Shown in pieces: positions 50,815 through 62,899 of a stretch of 64,000 nt of DNA. Each line of letters opens with the position of its first letter. The first letter of the stretch is position 1. The position numbers were made by a program, and so were the translations under genes. Source of the DNA: Felis catus (lineage: Eukaryota). The notes beneath the pieces are model-generated. The model was not told the DNA's origin. It did not search any database and worked only from the letters and a program-made list of their open reading frames with translations. The stretch is from contig NC_058368.1 in the NCBI RefSeq assembly GCF_018350175.1, forward strand, positions 234,796,001 to 234,860,000. The letters run 5' to 3'.

Positions 50815-51732
50815 ACGTGTGCACAAGCATGTGCGTGTGTGTGTGTCTCTGCATGTATGTGCACCTGTGCACCTGGGCATGTGTGTGTATGTGTGTGCAC
50901 GTGCGAACCTGTGCGTGCCTGTGCATGTGTGTGCACCTGTGTCTGCCTGTGCATGTGTGTGCAAGTGTGAACCTGTACGTGCCTGTGCATGTGTGTGCAT
51001 GTGTGAACCTGTGTGTGACGGTGCATGTGTGTGCATGTGTGAACCTGTACATGCCTGTGCATGTGTGTGCACGTGCGAACCTGTGCGTGCCTGTGTATGT
51101 GTGTGCACATGTGAACCTGTACATGCCTGTGCATGTGTGTGCACCTGTGTCTGCCTGTGCATATGTGTGCACGTGTGAACCGTACGTGCCTGTGCATGTG
51201 TGTGCACGTGTGAACCTCTGCGTGCCTGTGCATGTGTGTGCACATGTGTGCCTGTGCATGTGTGTGTATGTGTGAACCTGTGTGTGCCTGTGCATGTGTG
51301 TCCACATGCATGTGCCTGTGCATGTGTGCATGTGTGAACCTGTACATGCCTGTGCATGTGTGTGCACATGTGAACCTGTGCGTGCCTGTGCATGTGTGTG
51401 CACATGTGAACCTGTGTGTGCCTGTGCATATGTGTGCACGTGTGAACCTGGATGTGCCTGTGCATGTGTGTGCACATGTGTGTGCCTGTGTATGTGTGCA
51501 CGTGTGAACCTGTACATGCCTGTGCATGTGTGTGCATGTGTGAACCTATGTGTGCCTGTGCATGTGTGTGCACCTGTGTCTGCCTGTGCATGTGTGTGCA
51601 AGTGTGAACCTGTACGTGCTTGTGCATGTGTGTGCACGTGTGAACCTGTGTGTGCCTGTGCATGTGTGTGCACATGCGTGTGCCTGTGTGTGCACGTGTG
51701 TGTGCCTGTGCCTGTGTGTGCACGTGTGCACA
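50815..51732. repeat. Minisatellite, ~36-bp unit gtgaacctgtacgtgcctgtgcatgtgtgtgcatgt with shorter variants
   Basis: Tandem units visible; 12-aa periodicity (HTCTHMHRHVQV) in the ORF track. Confidence 0.96.
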
Positions 51733-53306
51733 GGTGAGGAGGAAAGGCTGGAAGATGGAGGTATGCAGGGGAAGAGGAGGGCAGAAGGTATGTCAGGAAA
51801 TGGAACAAAAGAAGGACTCATTTCCATTCTATTTTAAATGTTTGGTGGCCAACCACCTGGCTAGTTTGTAACATAAGGTCTCATTTCTTCAGAAAACAAA
51901 CATTTTATGGTCCTTCAACGTTCTTCCTTTGTAGTTCAGATTGACACGTTACACCCTGGGAAAATAACTTAATGATACGAAGACTTACAAAATTCATACT
52001 AAAACGCAAAGCCAAGCCAGCACATGCAAAACACAAGCGAGTCCTCACCTGGACTCTGTCACCAAAGGAATCCTTCCCTGCTGTGGTCTTTGGGGCCCGT
52101 TCTGAGGAGGGGACAGAGTGACAGTGAGGGGGCACTCCGCCTGCCCTGGTGTAGGTGAGAGTGGAGGGCTGGGGCGCCACACTCTGCACCTGCCCTCCGG
52201 GCTTCCTGCTTCTTTCCCTCCCGCTCTCATTTCTCCTCTGTTTTTCTTGTTCAACCACAACCTAGGACCAGGACGGAGCTGCACACCCGCCAGTGTGATA
52301 AACAGCAGCTCTCCACGGTGACCCTCACAGCAGCTGGAACAGAGAAGCTTGTCACAAACTTCCACTGTGTTTATCTCGGCATTGCAGGATTTGGGCGTAA
52401 TTTTGGGGTGTGCAGTGGCCTGCAAAAGTACAGTATTAATTGTGGATCGTGAATTCAGATTTTGTCTTATAGCTTCATCTAACACAGTCTCCAGTAGAGC
52501 CTTTGAACTACCCTGCTGGGGTGGTGTAAATGCAGTGTCCGCCTTACCTGGTCAGATCCTGCTCCCAGGGATCCTTTCCTGGCTGCACTCTGACCTTTCA
52601 GGAACGTGAGTCCTTCTATGTGACTGCATCTGTTGTCGTACCTTCCAGATAGGTTTCTGGGGTCACGTCAGAACATGTTCCGTGGATAAACCATTTCAAC
52701 TCAGACATAATGACCCACACTGGAACAGGTGACCCACGGTCCATTTCCAGAAAACACCAGCACTCTTTATAAAGGAGAGTCACTGAATTTCTAATGAAGC
52801 ACAGGAGAAAGGGAGGGTCCTCAAAACAGATGTTACAAAAATAGCCTATGTCATTAAGACAGCAAAACAATATGAAAATGGGATGCACTTGAGACCAGCA
52901 CGTATTTCCATAATTTATGGAAATGGCTTTTTGCTACATTTAATGGCCATCAGGAGCTCCATTAAGAACATACTCCTCTCCTCCTTCCTTTATACCCTCA
53001 AATTAGAAATCACTATATCATTCCGTGGGGTTTTTTTGTTTTAATCTCATTTGATTTATTGAAATGTAATCTGTGGTTTTCTTTGACTTGAGTTTGATAG
53101 CTACCCCAGAATTATACAGCAAGATCAGCAAAGCCAAGGCTGGAATAAGTATCAAAAATTGTTGTTGACTTGTTGTGTTCATGGCATTCATCCTGCCAGG
53201 CTGCCTTCTTCCATGGACTCTTTCTCCAAGAGCTCACCTTTTCTCCCCAGTAGGGGTCGCTGCTTGGCAGAATCCACCAGCCCGGGCCTTTTCCAGTTGC
53301 CTCTTT

Positions 53307-53356
53307 GGCAGCCCCCACCCTGATTTAGCAGCCCCCACACTGATTTAGCAGCCCCG
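53307..53356. repeat. Short 20-bp tandem duplication (ctgatttagcagcccc...), ~2.5 copies
   Basis: gcagcccccaccc tgatttagcagcccccacac tgatttagcagcccc. Confidence 0.9.
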
Positions 53357-53539
53357 GTATTTGCCAGGAACAGCAGTTCTAATCTTTTCCTCAAATGACT
53401 ATTTTGAAAGGAAAACAAATCCTGTGGGTGCAAAGGAAGGCAGCACACCATGTAAATAATATGAGGGAGTGGTGATAAGAGGGTCAACCTGCAGGATGAC
53501 TGCAGGCCAGTTGTTTTGTACAGTGACCTGGAGTTTGGC

Positions 53540-54845
53540 TTTGCTTAATGTTCCCTCACTTAGCTTCTTATGTTTTTGCAGCAACATTACAGAAGTGATG
53601 TTGTATCCTTCTCTGTGCATCATATCACGAGCCACGGGATGTCCCTTTGTCTCTTTGCTTGCAAAATTATCTTTGATTATGCCATTAGAGTGGTGTCCAC
53701 CATGTTTTTCCATCGTAGAATTATTATTTTTCCACTTGTAATTAAGCCCTTTGTGGAGAGAAGCTTTGGGACCATGAAAAAGTCCTGTTCTTTGTCAAAC
53801 TTTCATGCAGTGACACTAGCAATCAATGATGTGAAGAGTGAGGACAGGAAACTGAAAACGGAGAAGCCATAGAAGCGATATTAATATAAGACAGGACAGA
53901 ATTCAATATTGAAAATTCTAAACAATATAGACGGATGTTGTACCTGTAACAAAAGTCCCACATTACGAACAAAATACATCAGTGATAAACCTTAATACAC
54001 CAAACAACATAACATCCAACCCGTAGAGACAGAAGCACAAACATGAGAGTACAATGAAAGACGCTGAGAAACATCGCTCGATCAGACATTTCCCCTGGAA
54101 AAAAAAAGAAATAGATTAATTTGAAAAGTTAATTGAAAATTTGCAAATGTGTAAGTGAATAATAAATGTATAGAGAAATGAACCTTTTTTAGAGACTGTT
54201 TTGTATGTAGCGGATCACTTACAAAAATTGGTATGTACTTAGCTACAAAAGCTAAACTCATTTTTAAAGGTAGAGTTTTGTAAGGCACCTGAGTGGCTCA
54301 GTTGGCTGAGTATTAGACTCTTGATCTCAGCTCTGGTCTCGATCTCAAGGTCAGGAGTTCAAGCCCTGTGTTGGGCTCCACTCGGGGCATGAAGCTTACT
54401 TAAAAAATATGGTAAGAGTCTTAGATTTGTTTGTTTGGGTTTTTGTGTTTTGTCGTTCACATGCTCTGATTATGGGCTAGTAAAAGTTAGGAATAAGTGA
54501 TCAGAGAGAACAAAAATCTTTGACTATTTAGTTATTGAGATGCACTGTCTTAGATAACCCATGGATTCGACTGAAAGCTGCAGAGCAAAATAGATGCTGT
54601 ATATCAAGATCACTGTCATCAGTCAAGAAGAGAAACTACATATAAGGGATACTCGAACTCATTTGAATACATTAAGAAAAAAGCAAAAAAAAAGAGCAAA
54701 AATTAAGGAAAAATAAATGTAACAGATGCTACATATAGTTCAGTATAGAACAATAAAAACAGTAACTGGAATGAAAAAATAAATCCAAATCTGTTTTTTA
54801 AAGATCAACATGATAGATAAATGTTTCATTAGCTTCATTGAACAC
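53540..54845. mobile_element. Patchwork of ancient L1M fragments (antisense 3' UTR at ~53540-53830, sense ORF2 relics afterwards)
   Basis: acagaagtgatgttgtatccttctctgtgcatcatatc; aaatccaaatctgttttttaaagatcaacatgatagataaa. Confidence 0.6.
54284..54408 (+). mobile_element. Short older Can-SINE lacking the CT tract
   Basis: ggcacctgagtggctcagttggctgag...gagttcaagccctgtgttgggctcca...gaagcttacttaaaaaa. Confidence 0.88.
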
Positions 54846-55639
54846 ATGATTGGAATCATAAGCATGAGCCCACTGGGGAAAAATAGCCATCACCCAAAAT
54901 GAACGAGCAAGAAGGTGGGCAGCTAAGTGCATAGGTAATCTTAGAGCATCTCTCTGCTCTCAAAATGACCTAAGCAACTAATGGATACTTTTAGATGATC
55001 TGACTGCAAACAGTGTGTAATCACATCTCAGGTTAGACAGACCACTGTTTGGAAAGCGGTGTTGGGGCCTTTGTATGTTGCGGAACAAATCAGTTTCCTC
55101 TGTCTACTTTTAGCTTGAAAAGATTCAGTCTCAACCTCTGTTCTCCCCTACCTCCTTGGCATACCGGGCACGTTCCAGCGCTCCCTCCTTCCCTTTCTTG
55201 GGCAACGTTGCACAGCCACCCCACGTGGGATGGACCCACATAGGACACGTTTGAGCCTCAGTGAGTCCACTCTGATGTTCTGGGCCCTGGTGTGAGGTCC
55301 GCTTGAAAGAATTCAGCTGTGATAGTTCCATGACAGTATCATTCCAGGAAGTTCTTTTGGTGCCTCATGAATTGACATCAGGCTTTCACTTAACACAGCT
55401 GTTTATTTTTGTCACGTTCTCGGAGTTGCAGTGTGGTCTGTGCAAATTGCAAAACTGGGCAGAAACACGGCCCTTCCATTTCTGATGGATCAGGCCGGAT
55501 CCTGAAGACAGGGTCAGGGAAGAGGCCAGCATGGGGATGGACACCAGCACAGAGCAGGTGTGGGTGCAGCACTGTGGGGTGCCTGGGGGTCTGGCCCTGA
55601 GTCTTCCTGCGCCACGGTTTCAGGAACTCAAGAGGTAGA

Positions 55640-55880
55640 AGCATTCAATGATGAAAGCATGGACTTGGGGGCCAGAGTCTTTGGGCTTGAACCCTGGCCT
55701 CATTAGTCATCAGCTGGATAGATTCAGTCAAATGAATTTTCATCTCTGGGCCTCGATTCTCCATCTGTAAAAAGGTCACAATAATGTTTTTCCGCATACG
55801 GTTTTCTTATATGGGGAGTGAGTGTGTTATGATGTCTAGTACTTAGAACATCAACTGACATACAAGTTCTACGTTTAGCT
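55640..55880 (+). mobile_element. MIR SINE
   Basis: aaagcatggacttgggg...gggcttgaaccctggc...tctctgggcctcgattctccatctgtaaaaagg...ataat. Confidence 0.8.
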
Positions 55881-56132
55881 ATAATTATCTCAAGCTAGAC
55901 CATTCCTTGGGGGAGGATCATTTCAATTCATTTTTTTGTGATGGGAAGATAAGATATGGGAAACGCTGAGTCTCAAATCAGGGTTTTTCTCATGATGATT
56001 ATTATGAAGTGTGCATTTGTGGAACTAAACTTCCAGGAGTAACTGTGAGAATGGTGGGGGCGGGGGGGGGCGCGGTTACCTCCACAGAAGAAAAGAACAA
56101 AACTGGACAAAATATTAAAAATAACTATTTCA

Positions 56133-56352
56133 GGGGCGCCTGGGTGGCGCAGTCGGTTAAGTGTCCGACTTCAGCCAGGTCACGATCTCGCGGTCCATGA
56201 GTTCAAGCCCCGCGTCGGGCTCTGGGCTGATGGCTCAGAGCCTGGAGCCTGTTTCCGATTCTGTGTCTCCCTCTCTCTCTGCCCCTCCCCCGTTCATGCT
56301 CTGTCTCTCTCTGTCCCAAAAATAAATAAACGTTGAAAAAAAAATTAAAAAA
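56133..56352 (+). mobile_element. Young Felis-type Can-SINE
   Basis: Perfect TSD aaaaataactatttca (56117-56132 / 56353-56368). Confidence 0.97.
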
Positions 56353-56520
56353 AAAAATAACTATTTCAGGGGACTGAGAAATGACCAAAAGGAGACAATA
56401 ATGAGGAACATTTTATATATGAAAGTAGAACAAAATATTCCAGAAAGAGTACATTCGGTAGGCAAAGCTGAAATAAATGTGATTTTTCCTTTTTCATTTC
56501 TTTAAAAGATATACTGGCCA

Positions 56521-56745
56521 GGGGCGCCTGGGTGGCTCAGTTGGTTGAGTGTCCGACTTCAGCTCAGGTCATGATCTCGCAGTTTGTGAGTTCGGGCCCC
56601 ACGTCGGGCTCTGGGCTGACAGCTCGGAGCCTGCAGCCTGCTTCGAATTCTGTGTCTCCCTCTCTCTCTGCCCCTCCCCTGCTCATACTCTGCCTCTCTC
56701 TGTCTTTCAAAAATAAATAAATGTTAAAATTTTTTTTTTAAATAT
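56521..56745 (+). mobile_element. Can-SINE
   Basis: ggggcgcctgggtggctcagttggttgagtgtccgacttcagctcagg...aaaaataaataaatgttaaaa. Confidence 0.95.
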
Positions 56746-56749
56746 AAAA

Positions 56750-58270
56750 GTTATATGGCTGGTTAAAATAAACTCATGACACTGTGGTTTTGGAACTATA
56801 ATATAAACACATGAAATGTGTGTGACAAGAAGGAGACGGTACATGGAGTTGTAATGCTGCTAAATTTCTATATTTGACCAGAAGTAAATTAATATTAACT
56901 TGGAGTAGATTGTGCAAAGGTAAAGATTTATATTGTACTACTAGAACAACCACTAAAAACCATATGTAGTCATATAGCTAAAAAGTAAAAAGAGAAACTG
57001 AAATGGTACTAAAAGTATCTGTTTAAAACAAAATAAATTAGTATCAGAGGCAGACGAATCAAAGAGATGAGAAAACATGACAAGATATGGCAGATAGGAA
57101 TTCACCATGTCAAGAATTATTATATGTAAATGGAATAAACAATTGAATCAGAGTTGTAACTTACATGGAATGAGGAAGCACAGCATGATTACATGCTGCC
57201 TAAAAGAGATGTACTTTATTAAAATTTTTTTTAATGTTTATTTATTTTTGAGAGTGAGAGACAGAAACAGAGACAGAGCATGGACAGGGGAGGGGCAGAG
57301 AGAGAGGGAGACACAGAATCCGAAGCAGGCTCCAGGCTCTGAGCTGTCAGCGCAGAGCCAGATGTGGGGCTCAAACTCACGAACCAGGAGATCGTGACCT
57401 GAACCAAAGTTGGTCGCTTAACCGACTGAACCACCCAGGTGCCCCAAGAGATGTACTTTAAACTCCAGGACAGAGCTAGTATGAAAGTAAAGGATGCAAA
57501 TGTATATTCCCTGTCAACAATAAGCTTAAGGGAAACAGACTGGCTATTTGTCAGAAAAAACATACCTTATGTTAAAAACTAAAGAATAAAATAATCATTT
57601 CCTAATGACAAAAGGCAACTAGGAAAGGAACATATGAAAATTATGAATGCTCATGCACCTAAAAACAGACCTTAATATATATAGCAAAAACTGGCAAAAT
57701 TGAGAGAAAATGGAAATATCCACCCTTATAGTTGGAGATTGTAGCCAACTCGCTCAGTAACAAATCCCTAAGTATATAGACTTGAACAGCACTTTCAACC
57801 AATTTGACTTAACATCCATAAAACACTGTAAATACACTTTCGTAAATCAAAACAGTTGTATATACACGCTTTTCAAGTTTAACCGAAAATTTCTCTAGAT
57901 AGACCTTAAGCTGGGCCACAAATGCCATCTCAGTGAACTAATCCATATGTCTAATGTTATGCCAATCATTGATTCTCTTGACTACTATAATTTTATAGCA
58001 AATTCAGAAGTCAGGTAATACAAGTCCGCTGGTTATTCTTATATTTTAAAATTATTTTGTTATTCTAGGATTTTTTTTTTTTTTTTGCATTTCCATATAC
58101 GTCTGGAATGCAGTCATCAATTTCTATTAAGTGGCTGGTGGGATTCTGGTAAATTACCTTGTAGCTATACATTGTTTTGGAGAAAATTCCTATATTGACA
58201 ATACTCAGTCTTCCAATCAAAGAAATTAATACATGTCTATTTTCTTCCTTTCTGATAGCAGTTTTGTGGA
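56750..58270. mobile_element. Ancient L1M relic (sense inter-ORF/ORF2 endonuclease region to ~57950, antisense ORF2 piece ~57960-58270)
   Basis: tatatgtaaatggaataaac, catgctgcctaaaagagatgtacttta, atagttggagatt, gacttgaacagcactttcaaccaatttgac; then ttttgcatttccatatac...atattgacaatactcagtcttccaatc. Confidence 0.75.
57219..57445 (-). mobile_element. Can-SINE
   Basis: Perfect TSD aagagatgtacttta (57204-57218 / 57446-57460). Confidence 0.96.
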
Positions 58271-58279
58271 TTAAAAAAA

Positions 58280-58462
58280 TTTTTTTTATTAATTTTCTTT
58301 ATTTTTGAGAGGCAGAGAGAGAGGGAGACACAGAATCGGAAGCAGCTCCAGGCTCTGAGCTGTCAGCACAGAGCCCGACGCGGGGCTCAAACTCAAGGAC
58401 CCCAAGATCATGACCTGAGCCCAAGTTGGACGCTGAACCGACTGAGCCACCCTGGCGCCCCC
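58280..58462 (-). mobile_element. Can-SINE
   Basis: tttatttttgagaggcagagaga...gactgagccaccctggcgcccc. Confidence 0.94.
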
Positions 58463-59591
58463 AGTAATCTTTAGAAGAAAGTTGTTTTCCTCCGTGTCTG
58501 ACGAGCTGCCTCTACTGTGTGCTTGTGGAAGGAAGGGTTCCCTGCTCAGGGCCACGTTGGGGACAGAGTGGCTCGTATTTCTGGCCCTCACAGCAAGGGC
58601 CGCTCTTTCTCCTTTTTGGCTTGTTATCTGATGTCTTTGCAGCTTGAACCTCATAAGATAACTCTCCCTTTGGTTGAATCATTTGTAGTATTTCTTCAGG
58701 TGACAAAAAAAAAAAAAAAGATCTACGAGGAGTGTATTTGCAGGTTTCCCCATCGTTCAGGCAAGTGACAGCTTCTTTTAAACAATCCAGGTGCTTTCCT
58801 CCACGTCTGTCCCAGGAAGGAGCTGACTTGTTTGTCTCGCTTTGCTGGGACAGATGGACCTCCACGCTGAGGACACAGCCTGCTGTCTGCACATTGTTGG
58901 GGGCAGCGAGTCTGTGGGCAACTCACCTTCTGCCTCTTGTAACTGAAAATAGTTTTGTGTATTTTTCTCAAGTCTAATCGAGATAATGTTTGAGTTATGG
59001 GTTCCGGAGTAGTTTTTATTTTCTTTTCCTTCCCTCAAAGCTTCTATATTGAACGTGTTTAACTTCTATAAACAACAACAACAAAAAGCATTTTTTGTTG
59101 TTTTTAAAGATAGCTTTGATGAGGTTAGGGACCTTGATCACTGATACGTAAGTTGAGGAATCGGAATGTGTTAAAATTGCACCTCGACACGGAGTTGGAC
59201 AGATTAATTAAAGACATGTTAAGGCTAATTTCGATTTCTAATAACCTCAAAAAAAATAAGCAACATACAAACACTAGTAATTTTATGACATTTCAGAAAA
59301 TCAGGAAAGTCGGGGACAAGGTGCTTTCTATAAATAAATAGGAGGGCTTTAAGTTTATATTGCTTTTATTTGCAAATTAATTTGAGTTTGAATATATTAT
59401 GCAAATTGAAAATACAGGTAGTGCAGAGAGATTATATTCTTGGGTTCTTATCACCTAATAAATTGCTTCTAAATCCTCCCTAATGAATTTACGCCTTGCG
59501 CCTGTACCATTTTTGGGTGCATTAGCATAAAAGTTTTACTTTAGAGTTTCCCGCGTGCTTGCAGTGGTGCGGGGCTGGTGGAGGGGACCAC

Positions 59592-59657
59592 GGACCACGA
59601 GATCGTGACTTGAGCCGAAGTCGGATGCATAACTGACTGAGCCACCCAGGTGCCCCC
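59592..59657 (-). mobile_element. Can-SINE 5' (tRNA-derived) fragment only
   Basis: ggaccacgagatcgtgacttgagccgaagtcggatgcataactgactgagccacccaggtgcccc, with no CT tract or tail. Confidence 0.85.
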
Positions 59658-60320
59658 TTCTTGGCTTGCTTTCGAAGCTCCCCTTTCAGCCTCGGGCTCT
59701 GCGTGGCCCCTCAGTCCCCAGCCCACATTTCAGTTGCTGGGATGGTGTGGGCACAAACAAATGGAGGGTGAATACAGGGTGTGATTCTGAGTGTGTGAAA
59801 GGCACATCCATGTTTATAAATGGAAACTAACAGGAGCAAGTATCAGCCCCGGTTTGCACTTGATGAGACCCGAGGGAGGGGCGTCTGTTCGTGCTGACAG
59901 GTGAGGCCCCTGTGGGTCCTGTTAGCCACAACTCTGGGCTGGGGGAGCTGTAGAGATGCCAGGAAGCCTCCAGCTCGGCAGTCCCTCCCTGGGAAACGGA
60001 AACTGTTAGGAGATCAGGAAGGGGAGGTGAGGAGGTAGAAGGGAGAGCTTTAGTGTCAGGTGAATTGTTTCCCTGGGGTCGTGGGCTGCCGGGGGTTGGG
60101 GGCACTTGACAGGACCTAGGACGATGCAAGGCCTCTGTGTTAGTGTTTCTGGTGGTTTTTCACTTCCAACACGTGTAGTTGGCTTCATCAATAAGCTAGG
60201 TTTCTTTACTTCTTTTTTAATAACTTTCTGGGAATTATTAACTCCAAATGTAATTTGCAAAGGTAGAGTTGTAACAGGAGTGATTTGTCTTCTGTTCCAC
60301 ATTTTCTCAGTTTGGGATGC

Positions 60321-60537
60321 TTTTTTTTTTTTAAGTTTATTTATTTATTTATTTATTTATTTTTGAGAGAGAGAGAGAGAGACAAAGAGGGAGAGAGAAT
60401 GAGAGAGAGAATCCCAAGCAGGCTCTAGGCTGTCAGCACAGACAGAGCCCAATGCGGGGCTCGAATGCATGAACCATGAGATCATGACCAGAAATCAGGA
60501 GTCAGACACTCAACTGACTGAACCACCCAGGTGCCCC
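60321..60537 (-). mobile_element. Can-SINE
   Basis: (TTTA)n tail, (GA)n tract, head ending ccacccaggtgcccc. Confidence 0.94.
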
Positions 60538-61149
60538 AAATGCTCTTTTTTTGTTTTTTTGCAAGGAAGTCATCCATCATTTCCAGCAAGGCCTTGTAAG
60601 CCCTTCCCTTGTGGACCTGGTGGGGTTCCTGCGGTCCGGGGTGCATCTGTCCTTACATCAATATCGAAACAAAACAAAACACAGTAAAATGCACTGTGTC
60701 CTCCTGGCCAGGCAGCTAATTGCACACCGCTTTCAGGGTGACTTTCGTTTCCCTTCCCTCCCATGCTGTCTGCCTGGCCAGGCTCACGGCTGAAGGGTCC
60801 TCTGGCTGCAGAGGGGACTGCTCCGTCCCCTGAGTCACATGCGTGTGGGTTCCTGGCCTTGGCAAGTTGCATAACCCCTCAGAGCTTTGCTGTCCTGTTG
60901 TGTAAGCGGGAGGCAAGCCACGGCTGTGTCCCCAGCCCCGTGATAGATCACCGGGAACAGTGAGTGGCCCCATGAAGGTAATCCCTACCAGAAGTGTGCG
61001 TCTAACTCCAACCTCCTGCCCAAGCCGGGGACTTCGCTCACCTGCCAACTTGCCGGGGCTCCCTGAAGCTTTGCAAACAGATCAGATGGAATGTGCCCGA
61101 ACGGCCTTGCCCCTCACCAGCCTGCTCCCGCCCTGCCCTCCTGGCTCCA

Positions 61150-61514
61150 TGGCTTGTCGGCCGGGGCCCCCCATCACAGGACACCACACACTGTCAAGCT
61201 TCAAAACACACCTCCGTCCCTGACAGTCCCGGGGGCTTCAAGTCCACGATCGGGGCACTGGCAGGTTTGGAAATGCTCCTCCTGGCTTCCGGAGGGCCGC
61301 TTTCTCCCTGTGTCCCCACCTGGCCTTTCCTGGGTGTGCGCACCGGGAAGGAGGGAGCTCTCCAGTCTCTTCTTACGGGGGCGCTGATCCCGTCAGGGCA
61401 TTCTTCACCCTCATGAGCTCGTCTAACCTCCCAAAGACCCATCTTCCTGCTAGCATCACACTGGGGCTTGGGGTTTCGGCATATGAGTGGGGGGCTGACA
61501 TTCAGTCCATAACA
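61150..61514 (-). mobile_element. MLT1A-like solo LTR
   Basis: caagtccacgatcggggcactggcagg...caccctcatgagctcgtctaacctcccaaagaccc...catcacactgggg...gacattcagtccataaca. Confidence 0.85.
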
Positions 61515-62087
61515 TGCGGTTTGTGGACATGGTCCCCAGGAGCAGCAGAAGACCCAAGGCAGGGGATCACCGCCCCTCGTGCTCCCCTGTGTCCCCCAGG
61601 CCCCAGCCTCTATCTGGGGACAGCACCACACCCTGCCCTTCTGGCCCCGAACCGTGGCCCCTTCTCCCTCCGCCGAGAACACTGTTGGCCTCCTCGCCGG
61701 ACCTCTGGCCCTGTCTGCTACCAACTGGCTTGAGCCACTGCCACGGGCGCTGGCTGCTTCCTTGCGGCTGGCGGAAGAGGGCCGGACTTGAGACTGTTGA
61801 GTCAGCTTCTTCCAGGGACCCGGAGCCCCCATGGCGCCCTTATACCTCAGGGCACAGGCAGCCACCCCGCTGAGGGAGCTGACCTCCATTAAGGCACCTG
61901 TGTCCACATGGGACGACTACTTTCGTACCTTCCTCCTCCCCTAGACTCCTTCAGGGCTGGGCCCCTGCCTCTGCAAACCCACCACCATCTCGGGTGACCG
62001 CCGATGAGTCCTCTCGGGCCCCTTTCCTGACTGCTCCTTCGATAGCAGGGCACAGAGGTCGCATCTCATATATACAGATGAACAGCA

Positions 62088-62505
62088 GGGGCTCCTGGGG
62101 GGCTCAGGCGGTTGGGCGTCCAACTCTTGATTTTGACTCAGGTCACGATCTCACTGTTCATGTGATTGAGCCCCGTGTCAAGTTCTGCACTGACAGAGCG
62201 GACCCTGCTTGGGATTCTTTCTCTCTCTGGCCCTCCCCCACTCTCTCTCATTCTCTCTCAAAATAAATAAGTAAATAAACGCTGAAAAAAAGGATTAGGG
62301 GTGCCTGGGTGGCTTAGTGGGTTAAGCGGCCGATTTTGGCTCAGGTCATGATCTTGCGGTTAGTGAGTTTGAGCCCTGCATCGGGCTCTGTGCTGACAGC
62401 TCGGAGCCTGGAGCCTGCTTCGGATTAAGTGTCTCCCTCCCTCTCTCTCTGCTCCTTCCCCACTCATACCCTGTCTCTCTCTTTCTCCAAAAAATAAACA
62501 TAAAA
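62088..62505 (+). mobile_element. Two tandem Can-SINEs (62088-62291 and 62298-62505); the second inserted at the tail of the first
   Basis: Two heads; TSD aaaaaaaggatta flanks the second. Confidence 0.93.
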
Positions 62506-62899
62506 AAAAAAAGGATTAATGGTGCTTTTCCACACCGAAGGATCAGAAATGGGCATCTCAGAGCTTCTTGACCCGCGGTTGGGAGGGCTGGCTTGGATAT
62601 GGGATTCACACCACAGAGGACAGGCGGATTGCTTCTGGTGACTTCCCCTCTCAGGAGCATTGGCAGCCTGCAAACAGGGCCAGCGCAGGAACCCTGGTGG
62701 CCTGTGAGCATATGCTGGCTGGCGGCAGGGACAGGGAGATTTACGCCAGACCCTAATATAAAGGATCCACTGAGATAAAACATCTAGACAGTTCAGAGCA
62801 ATATTGCGACATGCACTTTTCTTCACGTATAGAATTGCATCCTTTCTGCAAATGTTTGTTTCTTCGGCCCCCAGAGCTGTAGAAAAGAAATGTGATAAG

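Noticed and set aside
50815..51732. 36-bp periodic array as a possible CRISPR array
   Set aside because: No unique spacers, low-complexity head-to-tail units, no cas genes, mammalian context
50431..51837. Long His/Thr/Cys-rich and Cys/Val-rich ORFs (430, 352, 262 aa and others)
   Set aside because: Open in most frames on both strands because the 36-bp repeat lacks stop codons; translation of a minisatellite, not a metal-binding protein
52540..52780. Possible - strand exon ending at a CAG|GTAAGG donor (~52548)
   Set aside because: Good donor, but no clear acceptor or recognisable coding frame; such motifs are frequent by chance
61194..61907. 237-aa ORF on the - strand
   Set aside because: Runs through an MLT1 LTR; GC-rich chance ORF
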